From a virus (taxonomy: Duplodnaviria > Caudoviricetes): a stretch of 29,174 bases of DNA. Position 1 is the first letter of the stretch. Every line of letters starts with the position of its first letter. A program made the translations under genes and the position numbers. Positions 16,902 to 25,045 of this stretch are shown here, piece by piece. The stretch covers positions 1 through 29,174 of IMG/VR virus record IMGVR_UViG_3300024187_000020; one strand, 5' to 3'. The notes beneath the pieces were generated by a model. The model was not told where the DNA came from and ran no database searches. It saw nothing but the letters and a program-made list of their open reading frames with translations.

Positions 16902-17425
16902 AGCGGTCGCAGCTGCTGGAGTCGTTCGGCGACGGGGTGTTGTCGAAGATCGTGATCAACCTCGGCGTCGCCGGCGAGATCGAGTTCACCGACGACGACC
17001 CCGCCATCCCCGAGCACCACATCGTTTCGTTCCACGCCGACGCATCCTCGTCCGGGCTGAAGTTCACCCGCGACGGCAAGGGCCAGCTGATCCTCACCGT
17101 GGACCCGAGCTCGTTCGTGATCGACGGGGTGGAAGCACCGCCCGAAGAGCCGGCAACCGAGCCCATGATCGGCGCGGACGGCCAGGTGCTCGTTGGCGAC
17201 GTGGTCGACGGCATCGTGGGCGGCCTGGCGGTCGATGGCGCCGTGCCCGGTGAAGGGTTCGACGCGCTCGAGGCGGTCGGCGGCGAGGGCGAGGCGAAGA
17301 AGCCGAAGTCCCAACGCGGCAAGGCGAAGGCCTCGGAGCCGAAGCGGTGCCCCCACCCGAACTGCCTCCGCGAGGAAGAGCACGACGGCGATCACGAGTT
17401 CCCGGCCGAGGACCCGAACGCCTGA
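16898..17425 (+). CDS. Acidic hypothetical protein
   Basis: ATGA coupling; C-terminal CPHPNC...HDGDH. Confidence 0.65.
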   Translation: MKRSQLLESFGDGVLSKIVINLGVAGEIEFTDDDPAIPEHHIVSFHADASSSGLKFTRDGKGQLILTVDPSSFVIDGVEAPPEEPATEPMIGADGQVLVGDVVDGIVGGLAVDGAVPGEGFDALEAVGGEGEAKKPKSQRGKAKASEPKRCPHPNCLREEEHDGDHEFPAEDPNA

Positions 17426-17646
17426 TGCCGCTGCCGTTCGACCTCGTGTCCGTCGCCTGGCTCCGCGAGGAGGGCATTACCGAGGCGGAGCGGTGGGCGG
17501 GCTGGGGACGCAAGCGCGAGGACCGCCGACAGAAGGATCTCGCCGTCGTGGTGCGCGACCAGCAGCACTACATCCGCGAGCTCGAAGCGATGGTCCGACC
17601 CGGCCTCGTCGAGCGGGTCGGACACGAGCAAGCGGGGATGCTGTGA
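17425..17646 (+). CDS. Hypothetical protein
   Basis: TGATG coupling. Confidence 0.55.
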   Translation: MPLPFDLVSVAWLREEGITEAERWAGWGRKREDRRQKDLAVVVRDQQHYIRELEAMVRPGLVERVGHEQAGML

Positions 17647-17774
17647 CCTGGCACGTCGGCAAGCGCCGCTCGAAGCTGAAGATGTTCACGCGCCGGCACC
17701 TTCGCGCACACCGCGCCGCGCTCGAACGTGACCAGCCTCGGCGGCCGCGCCGGAAGGCGGTCGAACGCACGTGA
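17643..17774 (+). CDS. Small basic hypothetical protein
   Basis: GTGA overlaps at both ends. Confidence 0.4.
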   Translation: MTWHVGKRRSKLKMFTRRHLRAHRAALERDQPRRPRRKAVERT

Positions 17775-19028
17775 CTTGGTCCGTCGTCGAAGGCGACTGC
17801 CGCGAGGTCATGGCCGGCATGGAGCCATGGTCCGTGGATGCGATCGTGACCGACCCGCCATACGGGTTGGAGTTCATGGGCAAGGAGTGGGACCGGCTCG
17901 GCGCGGATGTGCATCCGGTCGGCGACACACCTACCTGGACCAACGGCAGCGGTGTCGCTGTGGAGGGCGGTCCGACTCCGTTCGGAGGCGGTGGCCAGCG
18001 GGTCAGGTACGGCTCGTCGGTGGTCTCGGCTCAGGCGTGGCATCGGGAATGGGCCGCGGCCGCTCTCCGCGTGCTGAAGCCAGGCGGCCACCTGCTCGCG
18101 TTCGGTGGAACACGCACGTTCCATCGGCTCGCCTGCGCTCTTGAGGATGCCGGGTTCGAGATCCGCGACTGTCTCTCGTGGCTCTACGGCCAGGGATTCC
18201 CGAAATCGCGCAACCTCGGCGGCGGCTGGGGAACGGCGCTCAAGCCCGGATGGGAGCCGGTCGTGCTCGCCCGCGCTCCGCTCGCCCGGTCATCGGTGAC
18301 GGCCAACCACGCGGCGTTCGGGACCGGCGGGATCAACGTCGACGGGTCGCGGCTGGACTTCGCGTCTGACGCCGACGAGGCCGAGGTGAAGGCCAAGAAC
18401 CAGCACGAGGGCTACGCGAACCCAGGGTCGAACCGCGACTCATACTCCGGCGACTATCCGCCCCGTCAGAACTACGACGCGCCCGGCCGCTGGCCGCCGA
18501 ACGTGGCGATCGACGCCGACGCCGTGGCGATGCTCGACGCTCAGGTGGGCGAACGTGCCGCAGGGAGACGCCCCGAACGGCGGCTCAGCGGGTCCACGTT
18601 CGATCACTCCGAACCGATCGACTACGGGGTCCCGATCGACTATGGCTCAGGCGCCGTGTCCCGGTTCTTCTACTGCCCGAAGGCCGACCGCGCGGAACGC
18701 GATGTCGGGATGGATGGCGCCGAGGAGCGTCCGCTGCTGTGGTCGTCCGGCACGCAGTCACCCGGTACGTTCCAGGCCGAGGGCACGAACCGGATGGTTC
18801 GCAATGACCACCCGACGGTGAAGCCCATCGCGCTGATGCGTTGGCTTTGCCGTCTTGTAACTCCGGGGGGGGGGTCTGGTGCTTGACCCCTTCGCCGGCT
18901 CGGGGACCACGGGCATCGCAGCGTTGGCCGAGGGCTTCCGGTTCGTCGGCATCGAACGTGACGCCCACTACTGCGACATCGCCAGGCGGCGGATCGGTGC
19001 GGGGGCCCCCGCCGAGGTGTCGCCATGA
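17771..19028 (+). pseudogene. N6/N4 DNA methyltransferase (beta class), frameshifted at G10 tract 18865-18874
   Basis: Catalytic DPPY and HPTVKP lie in the first frame, which stops at 18886. The SAM-binding motif [13 protein letters not shown]...GIE continues in the +1 frame to TGA 19028, which overlaps the next ATG. Confidence 0.9.
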
Positions 19029-19552
19029 ACGTGTGTGCGTTCGACCTGTCGCTCACCCGCACGGGCATCGCCACGCCCGGCCGCTGCTACTCCGTCGCCC
19101 CGAAGGTCAAGGGCACGGCTCGGCTCGCCGAGCTGCGCAAGGCGGTGGTCCACGCGGCGCGTGCGTCGCAGGCCGACCTCGCCGTGATCGAGCGTGTGGT
19201 GCCGGGCCCGAACGCGATCGCGGGTCAGGGGCTCGCCGGCGTCGGCGCGATCGCCCGCCTGGCGCTGTGGGACCTCGGCGTCCCGTTCATCGAGGTCTGG
19301 CCGGTCCACGTCAAGCAGTTCGCGGCGAACGACGCGAAGGCCGACAAGGAAACGATGCTGGGGCTCGCGCGTGCGGCGCTGCCGCTCACGCCCGTTCCTG
19401 ATCACGACGCCGGCGACGCCGCTTGGCTCTGGCTGATGGGGATGGCGCTCACCCGGCGATGGCTCGTGCCGCGCACCGGGTACCGACAGATCGCGCTCGC
19501 GAAGGTCGAGATGAGCGACGGCACCAGGCGCCGGGTGAGGCTGGCGTCGTGA
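19025..19552 (+). CDS. RuvC-like Holliday junction resolvase
   Basis: [12 protein letters not shown]; LAVIE; P..VKQFA...ADKE; DHDAGDA. Confidence 0.8.
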   Translation: MNVCAFDLSLTRTGIATPGRCYSVAPKVKGTARLAELRKAVVHAARASQADLAVIERVVPGPNAIAGQGLAGVGAIARLALWDLGVPFIEVWPVHVKQFAANDAKADKETMLGLARAALPLTPVPDHDAGDAAWLWLMGMALTRRWLVPRTGYRQIALAKVEMSDGTRRRVRLAS

Positions 19553-20169
19553 CCGGCTGCAAACGTCGGTGCGACGGCTGTGGTCGCCGATGCTGGTTCG
19601 TCTCCGCAAGCAGCTCGAGCGGAAGTGGGCCCAGCACGAGGAACTGGTCACCCGGATGGGAGAGATCATCCGCGAGTTCGGGCTGTCGGCCGCGGCGATG
19701 TCTCAAGCGCTCAGCCGCTCCATCGGCATCGAACGTCGAGGAGCACGTCGCGCTCGGCGAAGCCCTCGAGGCGAAGCGTCGCCTCCCCGTGACGTTCATG
19801 CTCCTGCAGCCGGCGTCGTGGCACCCGGACGTGTGGGCCGACGTCGCCCGCATGCGAACGCTCAACATGATGCAGGAGCGCAAGGGCCAGCAATTCCACC
19901 TGTGTCCGCTCCAGTTCGACATCGTCGACCGGCTGATCGTGCAGTACTCGATGGAGGGCGAGACCGTCTTCGATCCCTTTGGCGGCCTCATGACCGTGCC
20001 CTATTGCGCGCTCAAGCTGAAGCGGCGGGCCATTGGGATCGAGCTGAACGCCGGCTACTTCGCGGACGGGGCGGCGTATGTGGAGGCCATGGCGGCGAAG
20101 ATGACCGCACCGAGCCTGTTCGAACTGATCGACCTGGAGGCCTCGACCGATGCCGAGGTCCCAGCATGA
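19549..20169 (+). pseudogene. C-terminal remnant of a second DNA methyltransferase
   Basis: HLCPLQFDIVDRLI..YS..GETVFDPFGGLMTVPY..GIEL is present; no catalytic xPPY/F motif; the upstream part is in another frame. Confidence 0.75.
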
Positions 20170-20618
20170 CGACCTCGCTCGCCGCCGTCCCCTCGATCAG
20201 CGAGATCGAAGACCTGCTCAAGCAGATGCGCGAGCTCGGCGAGGAACTGGCCGAGCAGTGGCGGGAGTTCGAGGTCGCATACGAAGCCGGCGACGGTGAG
20301 GGCGGCGGCGGCCAGTTGTGGGCGTCGAAGCCCGCCGAGAACCTGGCGCTGGCCGGCCTGGACGATCCCGAACACGGCATCGGCGATCGCCTCGGCCTGC
20401 GCAAGGATCTCGAAGTGATGGCCGTCTATGCGCGTGCGGCGAAGACCCAACTGGAGTACGCCGTGATGCGCGGCCGCAACGTCATCCGGACCGAGCAGAA
20501 GCGCGGGACCGTCGGCTATTCCAGGAACACACCGGAGCAGAACGAGGCCGTCGTGAACGACTACGAGCGCCGGAAGCGCGCTCGCCAGAGGCGATCGGGA
20601 AGGGCGGTGACGGCTTGA
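20166..20618 (+). CDS. Hypothetical helical protein (possible late regulator by position)
   Basis: ATGA coupling with GAGG RBS; good codon bias. Confidence 0.6.
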   Translation: MTTSLAAVPSISEIEDLLKQMRELGEELAEQWREFEVAYEAGDGEGGGGQLWASKPAENLALAGLDDPEHGIGDRLGLRKDLEVMAVYARAAKTQLEYAVMRGRNVIRTEQKRGTVGYSRNTPEQNEAVVNDYERRKRARQRRSGRAVTA

Positions 20619-20809
20619 ACTTGACGAAGCAACAATCTCGACGGCGAGCCGCGTTGAGTGATGCTCTCGGATATCCGCGCGGGTGGCACCGCGCCTGTCC
20701 CAAGACGCCAGCCGGGTTCCTCGGTACCTACGCCCTCGATAGGGACGATGAGGGCCATATCTGCTGTCGGGCCTGCGGAGCACACGACCTAGAGCCGGTG
20801 CGTCGATGA
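20615..20809 (+). CDS. Small Cys-containing hypothetical protein
   Basis: TTGA/ATGA overlaps; CCRAC. Confidence 0.45.
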   Translation: MNLTKQQSRRRAALSDALGYPRGWHRACPKTPAGFLGTYALDRDDEGHICCRACGAHDLEPVRR

Positions 20810-21186
20810 CCAAAACGGCCCGTGTGTCAATGCTGGGGCGGCAGGGGATGTTCCTGCTCGACTCGGCTTGTGTCCCGATTCGGCAGGCGTTCGACCGGCC
20901 GCCGGTCCTCGTCGGCTCCGCGCTTTCCCGTCGGACGTTCCGAGATGTGGACGTGCGGCTCGTCCTTCCCGACGATGAATACGACGCCCTCAGCGTTGAG
21001 CAGTGGGCGCTCGTCAACATCGTCACGAGCACACATCTCACCACCGTCTCCGGTCTCCCGGTTGACTTTCAGGTCCAGCAGGCATCGGCCGCAAAGAAGT
21101 TCGATGGCGAACGGAAACTCACCCTCGGCGTTCGGACGCTGCTGTCCTTTGCCGGTGACGCCCCGCCCCAAGCGAGCAAGCCATGA
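20806..21186 (+). CDS. Minimal nucleotidyltransferase (Pol-beta superfamily)
   Basis: LVGSA...RDVDVR (GS + DxD) and a third acid in LPVDFQ. Confidence 0.75.
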   Translation: MTKTARVSMLGRQGMFLLDSACVPIRQAFDRPPVLVGSALSRRTFRDVDVRLVLPDDEYDALSVEQWALVNIVTSTHLTTVSGLPVDFQVQQASAAKKFDGERKLTLGVRTLLSFAGDAPPQASKP

Positions 21187-21422
21187 GCAACCCTGACCCG
21201 CCCCCCGACACCGGAGCGAATCTCGGGATGTTCGCGCGGTCGGCTCACGAGCACGAGCGTGGACTGCACCACGACGGCCACCATGACTACTGCTGGGGTT
21301 GCGATACCCGCGTCCACCACCAACGGTTGAACGAAGCTGAGTCCGCGTTGCTTCGACTGGGCGCCGACGAGGAAGTGGCCCTGCTGCGGCGGCGGCCCGG
21401 GGCGGATCGGATCGAAAGGTGA
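21183..21422 (+). CDS. Hypothetical His/Cys protein
   Basis: ATGA/GTGA coupling; HDYCWGC. Confidence 0.5.
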   Translation: MSNPDPPPDTGANLGMFARSAHEHERGLHHDGHHDYCWGCDTRVHHQRLNEAESALLRLGADEEVALLRRRPGADRIER

Positions 21423-21859
21423 CCCACATGGCGAACCCTGACCTGGTCCCCATCGTTCAGATGACGGTGGAGCTGGACGGATTCCTGATGCGTCTGCCGG
21501 TCTCTTCGACGCTGTTCCAGAAACACCCGGAGGCCTTGGGCCGGGTCATCGTCAAGGAGTGGCAAGACGCAAAGGCAAGGGCCGACGCCGCCCTGATCGA
21601 ACTGCGTCCCGAGGTGCTGGCCTTCGCTCGCCTGATGGAGCAGCAACTGCGGGCGAACGATCACAAGCCCGGATGGAAGCACGACTCGGCCGACGCGCTC
21701 ATCGACCGGCTCAATCAAGAGCTCGACGAGTTGGCGGACGCCGTCGATGAGTGGCCGCAGTCCCGCATCCTGAACGGCACGGAGAGAGTCGGCAAGGAGG
21801 CCGCCGACGTGGCGAACTTCGCGATGATGCTCGCTGACATCTGCGGGGCGCTCGCGTGA
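21419..21859 (+). CDS. MazG-like all-alpha NTP pyrophosphohydrolase domain protein
   Basis: LRANDHKPGW...RLNQELDEL...KEAADVANFAMM (ExxE...ExxD). Confidence 0.7.
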   Translation: MTHMANPDLVPIVQMTVELDGFLMRLPVSSTLFQKHPEALGRVIVKEWQDAKARADAALIELRPEVLAFARLMEQQLRANDHKPGWKHDSADALIDRLNQELDELADAVDEWPQSRILNGTERVGKEAADVANFAMMLADICGALA

Positions 21860-21870
21860 CCCCCGGGGTG

Positions 21871-21900
21871 TTGGACCGTCGAATCACACGGTTGTAATAT
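21871..21900 (+). promoter_or_regulatory. Candidate late promoter
   Basis: TTGGAC-18 bp-TAATAT in the first sizeable intergenic gap after the early operon. Confidence 0.5.
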
Positions 21901-21963
21901 GCCCGGCAGTTTGGGCGACGCACGCCCTGAGACCGGTTCAGCCCTCGCGGACTCACGAGCCTG

Positions 21964-22365
21964 ATGCCGACCCTCGCGACCTACCCATGTCAGGAACACG
22001 GGTGCCGTGCACTGGTCCCCCGTCCTGGGCTGTGCAAGCGCCACCGCTCCGATCGCATCCGCTCCGCTGGTTACGACTACCGCCGCCGTCCCGCCCGCAT
22101 CCAAGCGATGAGCAGGTACGGCCCGGCATGGCGTGCGATCGCGAGGCAGGTGAAGGAGGAAGAACCGGTGTGTCGGGTTGAGGGGTGCGAGCGTCCGACG
22201 CAGGACGTGGACCACGTCGTGCCGCTCGCTCAGGGCGGAACCCATGAGCGCTCGAACCTGCAGGGCCTGTGCCGCAAGCACCATCGGCGGAAGACGGCGG
22301 CAGAGGCGGCACCGTATCGAGTAGATGGACGGTTCGCGCGGCGTCCGACTAGTCAGGCCGATTGA
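21964..22365 (+). CDS. Packaging-associated HNH endonuclease (HK97 gp74-like)
   Basis: YGPAW..I...EEPVC...C...VDHVVPLAQGGTHERSNLQGLCRKHHRRKT; upstream of terS. Confidence 0.9.
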   Translation: MPTLATYPCQEHGCRALVPRPGLCKRHRSDRIRSAGYDYRRRPARIQAMSRYGPAWRAIARQVKEEEPVCRVEGCERPTQDVDHVVPLAQGGTHERSNLQGLCRKHHRRKTAAEAAPYRVDGRFARRPTSQAD

Positions 22366-22507
22366 CCACTCACGTACCCGAGCGGGGGGGCGTCGAGATC
22401 GCGACGCGTGCAGATCAAATGCTTCGGTGACAGTCCGAGACGCACGCCCGCAGGTTTCCGGCGCGATTTCGTCAGGGTGTTGACCAACTGGTAAAGGGGC
22501 CTGACCG
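22366..22507. other. Probable cos/packaging region
   Basis: Non-coding gap between HNH and terS, opening with a G7 run (22384-22390). This layout is usual for 3'-cos HK97/P27-like phages. Exact cut site not identifiable. Confidence 0.5.
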
Positions 22508-22966
22508 ATGGGCGAACGGGGACCGCTTCCCATGCCCGACAACATCCGCGAGCTTCGCGGCAACCCGGGTAAGCGCAAGTCGCGCCCGAGCGTTCGGCAG
22601 CACGCCGTCGTCGCCCTTCCCCGCCCCCCGACATGGTTGAGCCGCGAGGCCGCGGCCGAGTGGCGGCGGGTCACACCCGAGCTGGTCCGCCTCCGTCTCG
22701 TGGCCATGATCGACCGCGCCGTGCTCGCCGCGTACTGCGACACCTGGTCGCGGTGGCTCCAGGTCCGCCGCGCTCTTGACAAGGCCGAGGGCGGCAAGCC
22801 TGAACCGTTGACCGACAGCGCGAGGTGGAGGCTGTACGCCCGGCTCACCAGCAAGCTCGCCGCGCTCGCCAGTGAGCTGGGCCTGACGCCGAACTCCCGA
22901 GCACGGATGACACCGATCGACGGACCGAAGGCGAAGTTGTCGGGGGACCTGGCCGACCTCGACTGA
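22508..22966 (+). CDS. terS: Terminase small subunit, P27 family
   Basis: RGPLP.P...LRGNPGKR; PPTWLS..A..EW; D...LAAYC; ELGLTPNSRAR. Confidence 0.92.
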   Translation: MGERGPLPMPDNIRELRGNPGKRKSRPSVRQHAVVALPRPPTWLSREAAAEWRRVTPELVRLRLVAMIDRAVLAAYCDTWSRWLQVRRALDKAEGGKPEPLTDSARWRLYARLTSKLAALASELGLTPNSRARMTPIDGPKAKLSGDLADLD

Positions 22967-22979
22967 GAGGCGGCGTCCA

Positions 22980-24539
22980 TTGCGAACCCGGTTCAACGCT
23001 GCCGAAGCCGCGAAGGCCGTCGAGTTCTTCCCCCGCCACCTCGCGTTCGGCGAAGGATCGAAGGCCGGCCGGCCGTTCGTGCTCGAGCAGTTCCAGGCCG
23101 ACGACATCTCCTACGTCTTCGGACAGCAGCGATACGACTCCGAGCTGCGCCGGTGGGTCCGGCTCGTCTCCACGGTCTACGAGGAGCTTCCCCGCAAGAA
23201 TGGGAAGTCTTCGAAGGGCGCCGGCATCGCGCTCAAGGGCACGTTCGCCGATGGTGAACCCGGCGCGCAGAACTTCTCAGTCGCCGCCGACCTCGAGCAG
23301 GCGAACCGCATCTTCTCGATCGCATCGAGGATGGTGCAGGCCTCCCCGACGCTCTCAGCACGCGCGAAGCTCTACCGCCGAGCGATCGAGGACATCAAGA
23401 CCGGCAACGTCTATCGGGTGATCCCCGGCGACGCGGCCGGGAACCTCCATCACAACCCGCACATCGTGGTCTTCGACGAGATCAGGACGCAGCCGAACCG
23501 CGAGTTGTGGGACGTGATGACGACCGGTGGAGGTACCCGGGCCCAGCCACTCACGTGGGGCTTCACGACCGCCGGCACCGACGAGGGCATCTGGTTCGAG
23601 CTCCGCTCCTACGGCGAGAAGATTCGCGCCGGGCTCCTACCCCCCGATCCGAGCTTCCACTACATCCGGTACGGGATCGAAGAGGGTGAGGACTGGCGGG
23701 ACGAGGAGGTCTGGCGCCGTTGCAACCCGGCGCTCGGGATTTTCCTGCGGATGTCGTTCCTTCGGAGCGAGTTCGCGAAGGCGACAGCGTCGCCGGACCG
23801 TGAGAACGCCTTCCGGAACCTGTACCTGAACGAGAAGACCCACCAGGTCTCCCGGTACATCCCGATGGAGGCTTGGGATGCGACCGCCGGTATGGTCGAT
23901 GCGCAGTCGTTGGTCGGTTCCTGCTACGCGGGTCTGGACGTCGCGGCCGAGCAGGGCCTCGCGGCGTTCGTGATCGTGGTCCCGGATGACGAGGGTGGCT
24001 TCGACGTCGTCCCGCGCTTCTGGCTCCCGGGCGCCAATATCGAAGACCGCGAGCATCGCGATGGTGCGCCGTATCGGGAGTGGGTCCGCGCCGGGCTGCT
24101 GGAACTCACCGAAGGAAACGTCCGGGACAACGACGCCATCGAAGCCGGGATCCTTGACCTTCTCGATGATCTGCACCTCGACGTCGAGGAGGTAGGCTAC
24201 CGGCGCACCGGCGCGCTCGAGCTGGTCCTGGCGCTGCAAGACCAAGGGCTGACGATGGTCCCGATCGGCGCGACCGCCGCGGCGATGAACGAGGGCACCG
24301 TGAAACTGCTGGACCTGGTGCTCGGCGGGAAGCTCCGGCACTCCGGGAACCAACCGCTGCGGTGGGAGGCCGACTCGCTCGCGGTCCGCCGAGATACCGA
24401 CGGCAACGTGAAGCCCGACCAGTCTCGTTCGACGGTCGCCATCCCCGGGATGCTCGCGCTGATTCGCGCGCTCGACCGGGCGATCCGTTCGACCGATGGC
24501 GGGTCGGCCTATGACGATCACGGCTTGGTGGTGGCATGA
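22980..24539 (+). CDS. terL: Terminase large subunit (Terminase_1 type)
   Basis: Walker A PRKNGKS, Walker B VVFDE, TTAG coupling motif, WRRCNPALG, AGLD. Confidence 0.95.
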   Translation: MRTRFNAAEAAKAVEFFPRHLAFGEGSKAGRPFVLEQFQADDISYVFGQQRYDSELRRWVRLVSTVYEELPRKNGKSSKGAGIALKGTFADGEPGAQNFSVAADLEQANRIFSIASRMVQASPTLSARAKLYRRAIEDIKTGNVYRVIPGDAAGNLHHNPHIVVFDEIRTQPNRELWDVMTTGGGTRAQPLTWGFTTAGTDEGIWFELRSYGEKIRAGLLPPDPSFHYIRYGIEEGEDWRDEEVWRRCNPALGIFLRMSFLRSEFAKATASPDRENAFRNLYLNEKTHQVSRYIPMEAWDATAGMVDAQSLVGSCYAGLDVAAEQGLAAFVIVVPDDEGGFDVVPRFWLPGANIEDREHRDGAPYREWVRAGLLELTEGNVRDNDAIEAGILDLLDDLHLDVEEVGYRRTGALELVLALQDQGLTMVPIGATAAAMNEGTVKLLDLVLGGKLRHSGNQPLRWEADSLAVRRDTDGNVKPDQSRSTVAIPGMLALIRALDRAIRSTDGGSAYDDHGLVVA

Positions 24540-25045
24540 AGCTGAACATCGGTGCCGGCGAGGCGTGGTCGTTCGCGCCGCCGCCGTGGATCAACATCGA
24601 CATCCGCCCGAGCGTCCAGCCGGACGTCGTGGCCGACATACTCGACCTCCCGTTCGCGGACCAAAGCGTCGCAGCGGTGTACGCGGGGCACGTCCTGGAG
24701 CACCTGGAGCGCGACGAGGTCACAGCCGCCGCTTGCGAGATCAAGCGCGTGCTCATGTCGGGAGCGCGGTTGTTGGTCGCAGGGCCCGACACGGAGCGCT
24801 CGGACCGGATGTTCGCCGAGGGTCTGATCACGGCCGAGCGTCATCGTTCGAACGGTTGTCACGGCGATCCGGGGAACCCATGCGTTCACCATTGGGCCTG
24901 CACGCCGGGCGAGATCATTCGGTCGTTGGAGGCCGCCGGATTCGTGGAGGTGGCCGAGATTCCGATCACTCAGACTCCAGCTGAGTTCCCGGTGTTCGAC
25001 CGCGGGTCGCTGGATCAGTTCGCCGTCGCTGCACGTCGACCGTGA
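24536..25045 (+). CDS. Class I SAM-dependent methyltransferase (type 11-like, not a DNA MTase)
   Basis: KLNIGAG; WINID; DILDLPFADQSV; HVLEHL; RVLMSGA. Confidence 0.88.
   Translation: MKLNIGAGEAWSFAPPPWINIDIRPSVQPDVVADILDLPFADQSVAAVYAGHVLEHLERDEVTAAACEIKRVLMSGARLLVAGPDTERSDRMFAEGLITAERHRSNGCHGDPGNPCVHHWACTPGEIIRSLEAAGFVEVAEIPITQTPAEFPVFDRGSLDQFAVAARRP

Noticed and set aside
19569-20618. 349-aa ORF as a single gene
   Set aside because: It is a composite of a helicase-methylase relic, an off-frame stretch and a real gene starting at 20166 with its own RBS and ATGA coupling.
22384-22390. G7 run as a second phase-variable tract
   Set aside because: Non-coding, and typical of cos-proximal sequence.
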